A stretch of 64,000 nucleotides of DNA. It comes from Octopus sinensis (taxonomy: Eukaryota). Shown here in pieces: positions 23,021 through 36,712 of the stretch. Position 1 is the first letter of the stretch; the number at the start of each line of letters is the position of its first letter. The notes beneath the pieces were generated by a model. The model was given only the letters and a program-made list of their open reading frames with translations, did not search any database and was not told the origin of the DNA. A program made the translations under genes and the position numbers. The DNA is taken from the NCBI RefSeq assembly GCF_006345805.1, contig NC_043009.1, forward strand, positions 22,878,001 through 22,942,000, in the 5' to 3' direction.

Positions 23021-24589
23021 TTAAATTAAGTTTCCATGGTATGAAAATGAGATCTGTTGTTGGTCATTGAGATCCAAGCAAGTAAACTGCTTCTGTAAGA
23101 TGGTGTAGTTTTTACCTGACAACCACAATGTATTGAGTGACAATTGTATCTCGTTAAATGATCCTAATATATGTAGTTAGTGGTTGAGCACCAATATTCT
23201 ACCTGCACAGTAAACTATGCCTTGTTGAATAATATTTAATTACAAGCTAGATTTGTCTGAAATAGTTCAATGACTTCATTATAGCAATCTCAATTTTCAG
23301 TGTTCCAACTTCACAATTCAATACCGAAATATTTATACAATATTCCTAATACAGAGTTAATGAACAACATACACACAGACACACACATGTGTATATGCAA
23401 ACACAAAGACACACAAACATACACACACGCATGTACATATGCACAGATACACACAAAAGCAGACGTACATATGCACTGACGATTTAATCTTTGGTGAAAT
23501 ATAATTGCCTTGGATCCAAATATTTGTCTTTCTTCAGAGCTTCAATTAATGGAAATAGTTGAAACCTTTCACTTGCAAAAATTTTCTACATTTTTAAACC
23601 AAAAGAAAACAGACACCTTCCCAACATCACCACCACCACTGAAGTCTGTTTTTAAGCCAAAAGTTTTACAAGACCTAGCTACAAATCATAGGAACTTTGA
23701 AAAATTTCAGAACAAAGCATGAATAGAAAGATAAATAATTTGTACTAACAACTATTTTAATCCTAACTGTACAAGTACGAAGTGCACTCAGTTTCATGCA
23801 TGCACACTCAAAACACAGGAACCAAATTTACTCGCTTTTTTCTTTTTTGATAGTGGAGTACTTTCAGGAAGTTTCCACATTTCATATGATATAGTACATA
23901 CATTTCAATTTTACTGGTCCCTAGAAAGAGGTTGTGATAACTGATTTGCATACAATTAGCATGTTACATCACTAGCAAAACTTTGATTCGCACAAGAAGG
24001 GTTAAGGGCATTTTCCTCTACTGAAGTGGGGTTAACCTTGCAAACCACATGATGAGGATGATGATAAACATGATGATGAGGAGGATGTACATGTTAGATA
24101 AGCCACTTCTGAAAAGCTTCAAAGTTAATGTGTATTTGTCATTATCAGCATGTAATGTCCATTTTCCATGCTGGCATGAGTTGGACTATTTGACAGGAGC
24201 TGGCAAGCTTGAGGATGGCACCACGCTCTGCTGTCTGATTTGGCATGGTTTCTATGGCTGGATGCCCTTCCTAATGCTCACCATTTTACAGAGTGTACTA
24301 AGCACTTTTTTACATGGCACCAGCACTGGCAGGGTCACCAACTTAATGCGCTAGACAAAGATCCCCTTCACTGGAAGGTGGGGTAGTACTGAGGGAGGTG
24401 ACTTTGTGCCAGTTCATGAGAAGTTAAAAATATAATAGGACAGACACAGGTCTCTTGCTACAGAAGAGATTCATGGCTGTTCAAGTTGGAAGAGAGAAAG
24501 AAACAGAGAGAGAGAGAGAGAGAGTGAAAGAGAGATGATGGTGGAGATATGTTGGGACATACACTCAAGCTAAAGGGTAAAGACTCTCT

Positions 24590-24872
24590 TCAATCATGAA
24601 TGACCAAAGGATTGCACTTAGAAAGTTCCCCTCTCGGGCACAAGTCTGGGCATACCAGCCTCCCCTCACCACACCACCGATGTTATCCAAAGGAAAGACT
24701 TATACAGCTTGGTACCAGAGACATTGCAACTCATTTCTACAGATGAGTGAACTGGAGCAACATGAAATAAAGTGTCTTGCTCAAGAGTACAACACACAGC
24801 CCAGTCTGGGAATTGAATTCACTAACTTGTGATTGTGAGCTCAGCACTCTACACACTGAGCCATGCATCTTC
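24590..24872 (-). mobile_element. tRNA-derived SINE family 'D' copy (second copy ~29950-30264)
   Basis: Minus-strand head GCATGGCTCAGTG..GAATTCAATTCCCAGACTGGGCTGTGTGTTG..CTTGAGCAAGACACTTTATTTCA, with the body shared between both copies. Confidence 0.7.
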
Positions 24873-26057
24873 AACCCTCAACACACATTGGGGGTAAATA
24901 TAAATGGTACAAAGGTAAATACACGTGGTACAGGGTGATTGGGAAGAGGAGGGACAGAAGGGGGTGTCATGAGAGTGTGGTGAAGGATGGTCAGGGATGG
25001 GGGGGGGGAGATACAAGAAAACTGTAGCTAGTGATGGTGAAAGGTACAGAAGTGGATTGGGAGAGGGGGGACTGTGGTAGATATGTAAAGGCATTGAGAG
25101 TGATAGCAGATAAGAGAGAGGTATTAAGGATGAAATATATGGGGGGGGGGGGGAGTCTGAAGGCACAGAAGGGAAGGGATTGGTGGAAATAGTGGGCCAT
25201 GAAGATAAAGAGAAATGGAAGTGTTTCAGTAGTGGGGGTGGGAGAGGAAGACAACCAAAACAGAGGAGAGAGAGGTCAAATGTGTGTATTCTGCTCTCAT
25301 CTAATTGCAGTAGTACCATAGATATAGAAATGATGAGTTTTAGGGGATGACAGGAGGAAATGCTTGATGTGGTAGAGAGAGTGTGGAGGAGTAACCCCGC
25401 CCACTACATACAAGCGTTACCAAGATGATTTTAATATATTATTTCTTCTGTACCTTATACATATGGTTTAAAGAGACAGAAATAAATGTATAGAAAGTTG
25501 GGGATGGATGGATGGAATGGAATGGGATGGGATGGCATGGCTGGATTGATTGCCAGACAGACAGGTATATAGACATAAACAGAGACATATAGACAGACAG
25601 AGTTAGACAGATAGAGACAGACAGACAGGCATACACACACACACATATATATATTGAGACAGACAGACAGATAGATAGATAGATAGATAGCATTATTAGG
25701 TGTACAGCAAATCATCAATTGTAGGCTTGAGAAAGCAATTTAACAATAGGATTTACTGACGAAAATATTGCCAAAGGCTGGAATCTTAAAAGGGTTAACT
25801 GATTGTCAACATGATTTATACAAATCAGTAGAGATATATGTAATAGCTAATTTATAACTGTTTCCAGCAGCTATCAGATTGAAAAGGATTAACATAGTAA
25901 CAACAGGATTTACATTATAATAGTGGCTACCAGCAAAACAATGAAAGACTAGAAAAAAATTACTCCTGAACAGCAAGGCTGCTGTTAACAACACAATTAC
26001 AGCAGCTATCATTTTAAGACTCAGGTAATATTAAATGGTTCTTGTCTCAGCCTTTAC

Positions 26058-26096
26058 CCACTTGATCATAAAATAGAGAGATTGTACTTTCAGATT
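26058..26096 (-). CDS. Candidate 39-nt coding exon (phase 0->0: NLKVQSLYFMIKW)
   Basis: Acceptor CTGTCTGTCTTTATACCAG and donor TGG|GTAAAG. The phase is compatible with 39892-39971 upstream. Support is weak. Confidence 0.2.
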
Positions 26097-27511
26097 CTGG
26101 TATAAAGACAGACAGGTTATCATCAGCATCATCATTCTAATGTCTACTTTTCCATGCTTGCATGGAGCAGACGGAGTTTGTTGAGGAAGATTTTCTTCAG
26201 GTGGATGCTCTTCTTGTTGCCAACCCTCAGCTGTTTCCAATCAAGGTAATATTTCCCATGGCCAGACATGTTTTTATGGATGATTTGAAACAAGCACCAT
26301 TTATATGACAGTAACACTCACAACTACCACATATTGTCAAGACAAGGAGACACACACATCATCATCATTTAACGTCCATTGTCCATGCTGGCATGAGTTG
26401 GACAGTTTGACTAGGCTGGCACGCTGGAAGGTTACACCAGGCTCCAGTCTGATTTGGCATGGTTTTCTACAGCTGAATGCCCTTCCTAATGCCAACCACT
26501 CCATGAGTGTAATGGGTACTCTTATGTGCCACCAGCACGGGTGCCATTTGCATGACACCAGTATATGCCACGACTGTGATTTTGCTCAGCTTGATGGGTC
26601 TTCTTCTCAAGCACAACATAGTACCAAAGGTCTAGGTCATTGCCTCTGTGAGGTCCAACACTCGAAAGGAACTCAACCACCGTACCTCAAACTGCTTTCA
26701 GTTTCCATCTACTAAACCCACTCACAAAGCTTTGGTTGGAAATGTAAAAAGATGTTAGAACTGGTGCATGTATCTGCCAATGAAAATATATTCAAGAGTG
26801 GCTGCATGGGAATAAGCTTGCTTTCCAACCACATGGTTTCGGGTTCAGTCCCACTGTGTGACACCTTGGGCAAGTATCTTCTACTGTAACATCGGGCTGA
26901 CCAAAGCCTTGTGAGTGGATTTGGTAGACAGAAACTGAAAGAAGCACATCATATGTATGTGTGTGTGTGTGTGCGTGTGTGTATGTATGTATTTGTGCTT
27001 GTGTTTGTTCCCCACCATTGCTTGACAACTGGTGTTGGTGTGTTTGCGCCCCCGTAACTTAGCAGTTCAGCAAAAGAGATCGAGAGCATAAGTACTAGGC
27101 TTACAAAGAATAAGTCCGGCGGTTGATTTGTTCGACTAAAGGTGGTGCTCTAGCATGGTTGCAGTAATATGACTGAAACAACTAAAAGAATAACCCTTTG
27201 ATAGCATATTTCTGTTGAGATTCACTGAGTGACTTACAATTAAATCTAGAAAATTAAAAAAAAAAAAGAATTTAGTAAAATAACTTTGTCATTATTGAGC
27301 CATTAACATTTAAACCATCCATGTCTGGCCAAAATATTCAAGCTGTTTTATGCTCAAACTGGCCAGATCCAGCCTCTCTCACCAGCCCTACAATATCATT
27401 CTGAAAATTAACAGTTACCTCATCAAAATCCCAAAGCTATAACATAATGCATGATTAATTGAAAGTAATATGAATAAAAAAGCTTTACTTTTGATTGGGT
27501 AAATGGGTAAA

Positions 27512-27835
27512 GGGTGGAGCTGTGTGGCTTAGTGGTTAGGGTACTTGGCTCACAACTGTCAGGTCATGAGTTCAATTCCTGGCAACACATTGTGTCCTTG
27601 AGCAAGACACTTTATTTCATGTTGCTCCAGTCCACTCAGCTGGCAAAAATGAGTGGTACCTGCATTTCAAAAGGACAGCCTTGTCACACTCTGTGTCATG
27701 CTGAATCTCCCTGAGGACTACATTAAAGGTACATGTGTCTGCAGATTGCTCAGTCACATGCATGTTAATTTCACAAGCAGGCTTTTCCGTTGATTGGATC
27801 AACTGGAACCCTTATTGTCGTAACCGATGGGGTGC
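27512..27835 (+). mobile_element. tRNA-derived SINE family C copy
   Basis: TGTGGCTTAGTGGTTAGGG..GAGTTCAATTCC..TGTGTCCTTGAGCAAGACAC (CORE-like motif). It appears to be inserted in a TTAA-ended MITE (~27302-27866). Confidence 0.75.
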
Positions 27836-28379
27836 TAGTGTCTCGATAGAATAATGTGAACGCTAAAGAGTTAAGTTGGGGTTTGGGACACGAATTAACA
27901 AGAAATCATGATGGAAGATTTTTAACTTAAAACACTTTATACATGAAGTCATGCATATGAAGATAACATACTGCATCCTAAAACGAATGACAACACTGGT
28001 CGATGTAATCTTAGAAAATAGCCCTTTCAGTATTTACTAGATTATTGATACTAATAGACCAGACATTGCTATTACAGATGTAGTAAATAAAATCTATCAA
28101 AAACAATCCTTAATTAACTGACACTCTACAAAGCTGAGATGAGACCCACAATGAAGTATTGTTCTCACACCTGAAATTGTGCTGCACACACAAACAACTT
28201 AGACTGTGTCCAGTTCAGGGAAAGATCACTCAACTAATTGGCATAAAAATCACTCACCACAGACATTGTTGCTAATGAGATGGACTGTAGAAAAAAGAAA
28301 ATGATGATCATTCACAAAACAGGACAATGAATAGAAAATGTAAGCTGAATCTATACATCTATAGTTAGCAGAAGAGGTC

Positions 28380-28620
28380 TGATAGATGTGATAGAACAGG
28401 CTGAGAAGTTGAGGAGGTCATTTCTTGGGGTTCAAGAGCCTCCAGACGAAGTGAAACCGAGGAGGAATTTCCCTTACCCCTCCAACTGAAGGCAGGCATG
28501 TGTTGTGTAAATCTCTTGAAACCATAGGCTACTATATCCATATAGTGTTTTGTTATGCTGTCAAATGATGTGAGGTGAGGGTCGGGGTAAAGTTTATAGA
28601 TCACAGATTTGATAGGTAAG
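28380..28620 (-). mobile_element. Decayed I/Nimb-like LINE RT C-terminal fragment
   Basis: The nucleotide run AAAACACTATATGGATATAGTAGCCTATGGT approximates 'KLDYG.I.YG'. THACLQL and SVSLRLEALEP approximate 'IHN..LRL' and 'PVESLY.EA.EP'. Other tiny LINE scraps lie nearby (IDTNRPDI at ~28045-28070; LYKA.MRPTM.YCSH at ~28125-28170). Confidence 0.4.
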
Positions 28621-28876
28621 ACTCTCCTAGTAGGTTGTTGGAGGGATTTTGACTGTTGTAAGTTCATGTGAGGGATGAAGAATGAGTGGGTATGTATTTA
28701 TTTCTGCTGAAGTATGCAATGTTGGAAACATTAAAGAGCTTAAGTGATGTCTAATTAGTGCAGGAAGCACCAAGCTACATTAGTGGTATGGCCAGTAACT
28801 TACATGTACATATATATAAACAGACAGATATATCGACATGCACTTTATACATATTACACACATAATGACATGCATA

Positions 28877-28934
<58 letters not shown>

Positions 28935-29123
28935 CTACAAAATTAGAAAATGGAGAAACATACTTAAATCAATCAAACATCAACCAACAGATGATACCCA
29001 ATCAATACTTTATTACACCATTACATAACAGTAAAGGCATTATACAAAATATATTGTAAATATAATTAGACAAGGAAATAGAAATATAAAATATAAAATA
29101 TAATATGTAATTATATCATATCT

Positions 29124-29228
29124 GACAGCTGTTTCGGTAGTAAGGGCAAGCATGCCCCATTTAACCTATAAGTCATATAAGGCAGGTATAAATGAGACAT
29201 TAACAAGGATGCCCCACGGCCTCTTCAG
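29124..29228 (-). ncRNA. Degenerate minimal hammerhead-ribozyme motif (Penelope-type relic)
   Basis: Minus strand reads CUGAAGA-GG...CC-GAAA-CAGCUG-UC, with a palindromic stem III (ACAGCUGU). Stems I and II are eroded. Confidence 0.45.
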
Positions 29229-29899
29229 ATAATTTAATTTATTATAAGTGTGAAAAAAATTTTTTTTATATACATATAAATATAAAAATATAAAATATAA
29301 AAACGTGTGCATAGATACCCATAATACTACACATATATATATATACTCATTAATACAATAATACAAAATAAACAAAACAAAATAAAACAAAATATATATC
29401 AATATATATTAATAAACACAGTTATTCTACATATTGGGCTAATAGTTCTAAAAACTAACACACAGGAAAATATATGCACACTCACATTTAAATTAAAATC
29501 AGACCTATACATGAAAAATAATAATAAAAAAAAAACAGTTCAGTTCATAAAATTATAAACCTGTAAAAGTCAATAAAATTACTATTGATATTAATAATAA
29601 TAATAATAATAATAGATACAATTGTGTCTGTACCAAGTACATCCATCGGACATCGACATATCACACATACACACTGTAGGGGTGGTTGGGGTCAAGAAGG
29701 GAATCCAGCTGTAAAAACAGAAGCCTGGTGTAGTCTTCTACTTGGCTGGTTCCTGTCAAACCATCCAACCCATGCCAGCATGGAAAACAGATTTTAAATG
29801 ATGAGGATGATGCACATTCATATACATTTAATTTCTCATAAAAGTATAAAACTATAAACATGTATGTGCGTGTCTCTATGTATGTGTGTGTGTATATAT

Positions 29900-29942
<43 letters not shown>

Positions 29943-30730
29943 AAACCCTTTGGTCATGAATGACCATGGGATTGCATCTAGAAAGTTACCCTCTGAGCTA
30001 CAAGTCTGGGTAAGGAAGCCCAGCAGTCACCCATGCATATCGGCCTCCCCTCTCCATGCCGCCGATGTTATCCAAGGGAAAGGCAAAGGCTGATACAGCT
30101 TGGCACCAGTGACGTCGCAACTCGTTTCTACAGCTGAGTGAACTGGAACAATGTGAAACAAAGTGCCTTGCTCAAGAACACAACACACAGCCCAGTCCAG
30201 GAATCGAACTCACAACCTTATGATTGCGAACTGTCACTCTCACCACTGAGCCACGTGTCTTCACACACACACATATATGTATATCTTTGGTGTGAAGAGG
30301 GTTGAGGAGTATTGAGTATATTTAAACAGAAGCACAGAAATGAAACAACAGCAAATAATAATAATAATACAAATAATAATAATACAAATAATAATAATAA
30401 TAATAATTACAGTGTTGAACTGATGTAATCTGAATGAGAATTGAGACTTATTTTAAAGCAAAACTAACAATAAAAAAACTAACAACTGTTTCACTCTTTC
30501 TCCTTTTCTCTTTGTCTCTCTTCAGAAGATGGCAGATTTTTCTTTCTTTTCTTTCACATTTTCTATGTAACTGTAATGAGGTCTCTAGCCACAGGGGTAT
30601 CACCCATGGAGGGGTGGGATATTTGCAGGGTTGGTGGAGGAAAAGGAAGGAGAAAAAATACATATATACACAAAATATATACATACATACACATACATTT
30701 ATACATACATGTACATATATACAGACAAAC

Positions 30731-30776
<46 letters not shown>

Positions 30777-30862
30777 CTATATAAATATATATATATACAC
30801 CTATATAAATATATATACATACATGAATACATATATATATGCACATACATATATACATGAAT

Positions 30863-30895
<33 letters not shown>

Positions 30896-31239
30896 CATAC
30901 ATACACACACACACAAACACTCACAATATATGTATTTATGTGTGTGTGTAATAATAACAATAATAATAATTTTGTCCATTTCTCCAAGCTGGCATGCATT
31001 GGATGGTCCCAAGTCTCACCACCCGCTGTCATTTTCATTGTCTCTCCCTCACACACACACAAAGAGGGAAATCAACCCATTCTGTTGTGTAAGTTGTAAC
31101 TTTTGGTGTGTTGGTATGTGTATGCATTTATGTACACATGCATGTGTTTGTGCCTATGAATGAATATATTTGTGTGTGTATGTGTAGTCAGATATATTTA
31201 CATAAACCCAAATATACTGAAAGAGAATGAGGGACAAGA

Positions 31240-32060
31240 CCAAGAGAGACAAAGGAAGCAAAGCATCAAGGGGAGAGAGAGAGAGAGACAGACAAACAAG
31301 AGAGATAGGAGAGAAAAGAAAGGAGGAGGGAAAGAAGAAGCAATAAAGAGGAGGGGAGAGAAGTAGAGAGAAACAACTGAAGAAGAGTAGAGAGAGAGAG
31401 AGAGAGAGAAAGAGAGTATGGAGGTGGAAGAAAGAGAGAGGTGAGGAAGATGGTGAAGGGGAGTATAAAGAGTGTGGGAGAGAGTGGGAAAGAAAGGAAA
31501 GAAAAGAGAGAAAGAAAGAAAAATAAAGGAAAAAGGTTAGGAAAGAAAGAAAGAAAATGAGGAAATGAAAACCAGAGACTGAGGATAGAGAATGAGACAT
31601 GTAGATATGTAGGTAGTTAGAAAGATAGATAGAGAGAGCGGGGGAGGAGGAAAGAAGAAAGGAATATAGAGTGAAGAGAGGAAGGGGGAGAGAGAGAATG
31701 TATGAGAAAAAGAGATTGTGTGAGAGGGAGAGAAAGACAGGCAGAGAGAGATAGGGAAAATAGGAAAGGGATATAAAGTGAAGAGAGGGAGAGTATTGTG
31801 AGGAAAAAAGATTGTGTGTGTGAGAGAGAGAGACTATGTTATATGTTCGTGAAAGAAAAAGGGAGATTGTACGTGAGAAAGAGCGATTGGAGAGAGAGAG
31901 AGCACTAAGAAAAGGAAGAAAAAAGGTAGGAAGATGAAATAAAAAAGAAAAAAGAGAAAGAGAAGTATAAAAGATTTATAAATAAGAAATGAAAGAAAGA
32001 GAGAATGAAAAAAGTGGGGTGTAAGAAGATAGAACGCGAGCGAGAGAGAGAGAAAGATAG
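31240..32060 (+). repeat. Long polypurine (GA-rich) low-complexity tract
   Basis: About 820 bp dominated by G and A on the + strand, with (GA)n and (GAAA)n runs. Confidence 0.9.
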
Positions 32061-32419
32061 AACCTTATATGTGGATATAGGTAAGTTTAAAAGTATGTAG
32101 AGGTAGGGAAGGCTGTGTCCGAAAGGGGATCCTGTTTCCACAGAGGGGGGCTGGTGAGGATAACTATTTTCCATTCCAGTACATCATCAATAGATTCCAA
32201 ATGAGACCTCCATCCCCACTCCTTTCCTTCACAATTCACGGATAAATAGGAACTAAGTAAATCATGTAAGGAGTTCTTAGTATTTTTCCAAGAATTCTCC
32301 AAGAGAACAATAAACTCCAGCAGAGCGTAATCAAGGGAGGCTTTAAATGCAAGGGGAAATGGGTTTTGTCTCATTCGTGCATACAAAGACCCCTTCATTT
32401 ATTTGTTTGTTTCCACCAT

Positions 32420-32930
32420 TTATGATGATGAATGAGAGCTGGTGGTGATGACTGAGATGGTGACGATGGTTTGTGATGGTGGTAGTGGTGATGATGATGG
32501 TAGTGATGGTGGCAATGGTGGTGGTGGTGGTAGTGATGGTGGTAGTGGTGGTGGTGTGGTGATGATGGTGGTGGTGGTCATGGTTGTGATAGTGGTGGTG
32601 AAGGTGATGATGGTGGTAGTGATAGTGAAGGTGATGTTGGTGGTGATGGTGGGGTAATGGCGATTGTGGTGATGGTAATGGTGGTATAGTGGTGGTGCTG
32701 CTGGCACTGGGTCAGAAGTGGTGTTGGCAGTACTGAAAGTTGAGGCAATGACAACGAACACAATTTTTGTGGTAGTAGTGCTGGTGCTGACAGAGGATGG
32801 TAATGATGATGATGATAGTGACGTCGATGATAGTGGTGCAGGTGGTGCTGCTTACATTGAAGATGGAAGTGATGGTGATGTGGTGATGGTACTGACAGCA
32901 GAGACGATGACGATGATGATTACAGTGATT
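32420..32930 (+). repeat. Degenerate (GGT)n/(GAT)n trinucleotide tract
   Basis: Visible GGT/GAT periodicity. It generates the spurious poly-T/P/V/D ORFs. Confidence 0.9.
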
Positions 32931-34296
32931 CATGATACAGAATCAAGAAGGAGGACAACCATAGCAATGGAATACAAGAAATGGCTGTTATTGTAAAATT
33001 GGTTTCCTTCTCAAAAGAAATTCTGCAGAGTTATGACTTTTTTCTAAAACCACTAAGACCATACCTGATTCGCAACCAACAAGACCAACATCAACAACAT
33101 TAGGAATATTTATTTATTTATGTTTTATTTTATTTTTGTACAGAAAATAAATGAATGAAAATTAGATTTATGATATAATAACAGCATAATGTGGAACTAC
33201 AGTTAACTACAGATATAGAATAATAGAATAACGGAAAACTGGGCGAGGGGTTTATGGTTCAGAGTTGCATGACATCATCATAGCCAAGACAGTTCCTGCT
33301 CAAAAGCCAGTCTAATTACCAACATCACTATCATTTAACGTTCACTTTTCCATGCCTGCATGGGTGAGACAGAATTTGTGAAGAGAGATTTCCTAGGTTA
33401 GATGTCTGTCTTGTTGCCAATCCTCACCTGCTTCTAAGCAAGGTAACATTTCCTCCAAAGTTGAACATATTTCCATGGAAGATTACAAACAAAAAAAAAA
33501 AAATACCACCACTTTTACTCTTTTACTTGTTTCAGTCATTTGACTGTGGCCATGCTGGAGCACCACCTTTAGTCAAGCAAGTCGACCCTAGGACTTATTC
33601 TATCAGTCTCTTTTGCCAAACAGCTAAGTTACGGAGACATAAACACACCAGCATTGGTTGTCAAGCAATGTTAGGGGGACAAACACAGACACACAAACAT
33701 ATACACGCACACATATATATACATATATGTTTTCATCTACCAAATCCACTCACAAGGCTTTGGTCGGCTCGAGGCTATAGTAGAAGACACTTTGCCCAAG
33801 GTGCCACACAGTGAGACTGAACCCGGAACCACCATGTGGTTCGTAAGCAAGCTACTTACCACACAGCCACTCTTACATCTATGAAAACAAGCACCCATTA
33901 CATAGAGTAGAGTTGTTGGGTTTACAAAGGGTTTATGGTCATAGAAACCAAGCTAAACATGAATCATAATCCCTATTCTTTTAAAGTCCACTTTTCCATG
34001 CTTACATTGGTCAGGCACAATGCAGTGAAGCAGATTTTCCACAGTCCTATGTCCTTCTGTCATCAACCCTCACCTGCTTCCAAGCAAGGTAACATTTCCT
34101 CATGACCAGACATGTTTTTTTTTCTGGATATCCTTCTTGTTGCAAACCTTCACTTGTTTCCAAGTGAGGTAATATTTCTCCATAAGTTGAACATATTTCT
34201 GAGGAAGATTGAAATCAAAAAACACTGCTTGTATTATGTGATGCTTGTTTAGAAATATTTCATGATGTCAAGTCAAGCAGACACAAACACATACAC

Positions 34297-34336
<40 letters not shown>

Positions 34337-35539
34337 ATATATTGAGCCTTATGAAGGCGATGACTAAGGGCCTGACTAAGGACCGTGATATCTGGCACAT
34401 TGCTGTACTCAAGAAGTCCTGTCCACCACAACAGAATTGATACTAGTGCTGGTGTCACATTAAAAACACCCAGTACATGATGGAGTGGTTGGTGTAAGGA
34501 AAAGCATCCAGCTGTAGAAACCATACCAGAATAGACAATGGAGTCTGGTGCAGCCCCTGAACTTTCCAGCTTCAGTCAAACTGAAACATGTAAAAGAGAA
34601 AAGATATGTCTACCATTTATTTCATGCATATATTAACTTCAATCTTTTTGATATGAAACCACCAAAGACTGCCCTGTGCTTTACAGTACAGACTTCCTGT
34701 CTTGAAGTAATCCAAATCAAGACTTCCTATTAAAAGCTGATCATTTTAGGCTCCGATCATCAACCTAATAATGAAGCTAGTGAAGGAGGCAAGCTAACAG
34801 AAATGCTAGCATGCCAGACAAAATGCTTGGCGGTATTTTGTCTGTCTTTACGTTCTGAGATCAAATTCCGCCAAGGTCGACTTTGCCTTTCATCCTTTTG
34901 GGGTCGATAAATTAAGTACCAGTTGTGTACTGGGTCAATCTAATCAACTGCTCCCCCCCCCACATCGCAAAAAATTTTGGGCCCTGTGCCTAGAGTAGAA
35001 AAGGATAATGAAGCTAGTTTACTATATTCTTTGTTATTTAACGTCCATTGTCCCTACTGGCATGGGAGACACAATTTGACCAGAGCTGGCAAGCTGGGGA
35101 GCTGTACCAGACTCCAGTCAGTTGTGACATACTTTCTACAGCTGGAGGCCCTTCCTAACACCAACCACTTTACAGAATGTGCTGGATGCTTTTTCATGGT
35201 GTTGCACAGGTGCCTTTACATGGAACTGTATGGGCACTTTTACATGGCACTGCCATGAGTGCCATAATAATCCTTTATAGGCACAAGGCCTGAAATTTTG
35301 GGACAGGGGATAAGTCGATTACATCAACCCCAGTGCATAACTGGTACATATTTCATCGACCCCAAAAGGACGAAAAGTAAAGTTGACCTCTGCAGAATTT
35401 GAACTCAGAACATAGTGACAAGCGAAATATGGCTAAGCATTTCGTCCAGCGTGCTAATGATTCTGCCAGCTCACTGCCTTGAATGAGTGTTATAATAATG
35501 AAAAGTAAATTAACAAAAATTGTATTTTAGAGATAATGT

Positions 35540-36606
35540 CTGAAGATGCATCTTGTAAATGCGCTGGGATGCATCACCAGAGATATTTCTGGGATCTTAA
35601 GGGGTTTCAATATCAGACCCCACAATGCCCAGTTTACCCAGCTGGGGTTGATCCGGCCTCAAGATTGCATCCTAGAAGCGGTAAACCATTGGTCTGCCCT
35701 CTTTATTCAAAGCTACCCAGTGATCTTCTCTGCAGCTTCACTGATGGAACCAATAGCTCTCCTCTTTGCTGCGCCATTAACTCTAAACCTAATCACTGAT
35801 GCCAGTGTCACATAACAAGCACCCATGTCAGTGGCATGTAAAAAGTACCCTTCAAACCTTGGGCCTCACATAGGGGATAAGTGACTGAGACCTTTGGTGA
35901 TATGCCATGCTTGAGAAGACCTATCAAGCCAAATGGAATTGCAATTGGGGCGAATACCAGTGTCACATAACAGGCACCCATGCTGGTGGCACATAAAAAG
36001 CACCCATCACACTCTTGGATTGGTTGATGTTTGGAAGAGCATCCAGCTATAGAAATCATGCTAAATCAGACTGGAACCTGGTGCAGTCATCCAGCTTACC
36101 AGTTTCAGGCAAACCGTCTAACTCATGCTAACATGGAAAGGAGATGCTAAATGATGATGATGATGATGAATGCGCCTGCAAAAAATCTCAACAGCCCACT
36201 TCTATTGCCTTGCAACATGGTTGCTGAGCCTCAATTTCTGTGCTGCTCCAACAGCTCCTGGTATTTGGCAAGCTTCCTCTCATGAGCTTCTTCCATGTGT
36301 TCCACCCAGGGCATAGTCAGTTCTCACATGATCACCTGTTTGGGTGGAATTTGAGCAAATCACCATATCTGGGTGGAACATGGTTGGTACAATGTGATCT
36401 GGGAACTAACCATTCCACGTGATCCAGTCTCAGCTGCTGGTCCGAGGCCACGAAATGTAGATATGATGGCCATTGAAGTTTCAGTGAATTAAACTTTGCT
36501 CTGACTCTATGAAAAGTGGTGGTCACTTTCCTGGAGTGGTATCTAATGAACCAAATAGCTGTTGATATCACCTCCACAACTGCCCTGAGCACTTGGTCAT
36601 GCCCCT
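35540..36606 (-). mobile_element. Decayed RLE-type non-LTR retrotransposon 3' end (HERO/NeSL-like), interrupted by an RTE-tail element at ~35800-36170
   Basis: HDQVLRAVVEVISTAI..FPDHIVPTMFHPDMVI.SNST..VIM*ELTMPWVEHMEEAHERKLAKYQELLEQ..KAIEVGC*. Beyond the insert it reads GAAKRRAIGSISEAAEKITG*L*IKRADQW, followed by a 3' UTR. This is the PD..ELTxPW..ERK..KY restriction-like endonuclease signature. Confidence 0.75.
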
Positions 36607-36712
36607 GGGCAGAGGCAGTTAGCAGTTAAGGCTTTGGGTCAGTCCAGGGCTGGAGATACTTGCTAGAGGTGCCATGCAGTAGGATTGAACCCCAACACAA
36701 CAAACTTCTTAA

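Noticed and set aside
23116-23163. Minus-strand 48-nt exon candidate (LRR-like SFNEIQLSLNTLWLS in one frame)
   Set aside because: The acceptor is weak, the segment is too short for a full LRR unit, and no other LRR exons were found.
28478-28557. Minus-strand 80-nt exon-like segment (ITKHYMDIVAYGFKRFTQHMPAFSWR)
   Set aside because: It overlaps frameshifted I/Nimb-like LINE motifs (KLDYG..YG, SL..EA.EP).
32420-32996. Pro/Thr-, Val/Gly- and Asp-rich ORFs
   Set aside because: These are translations of the (GGT/GAT)n tract in several frames on both strands.
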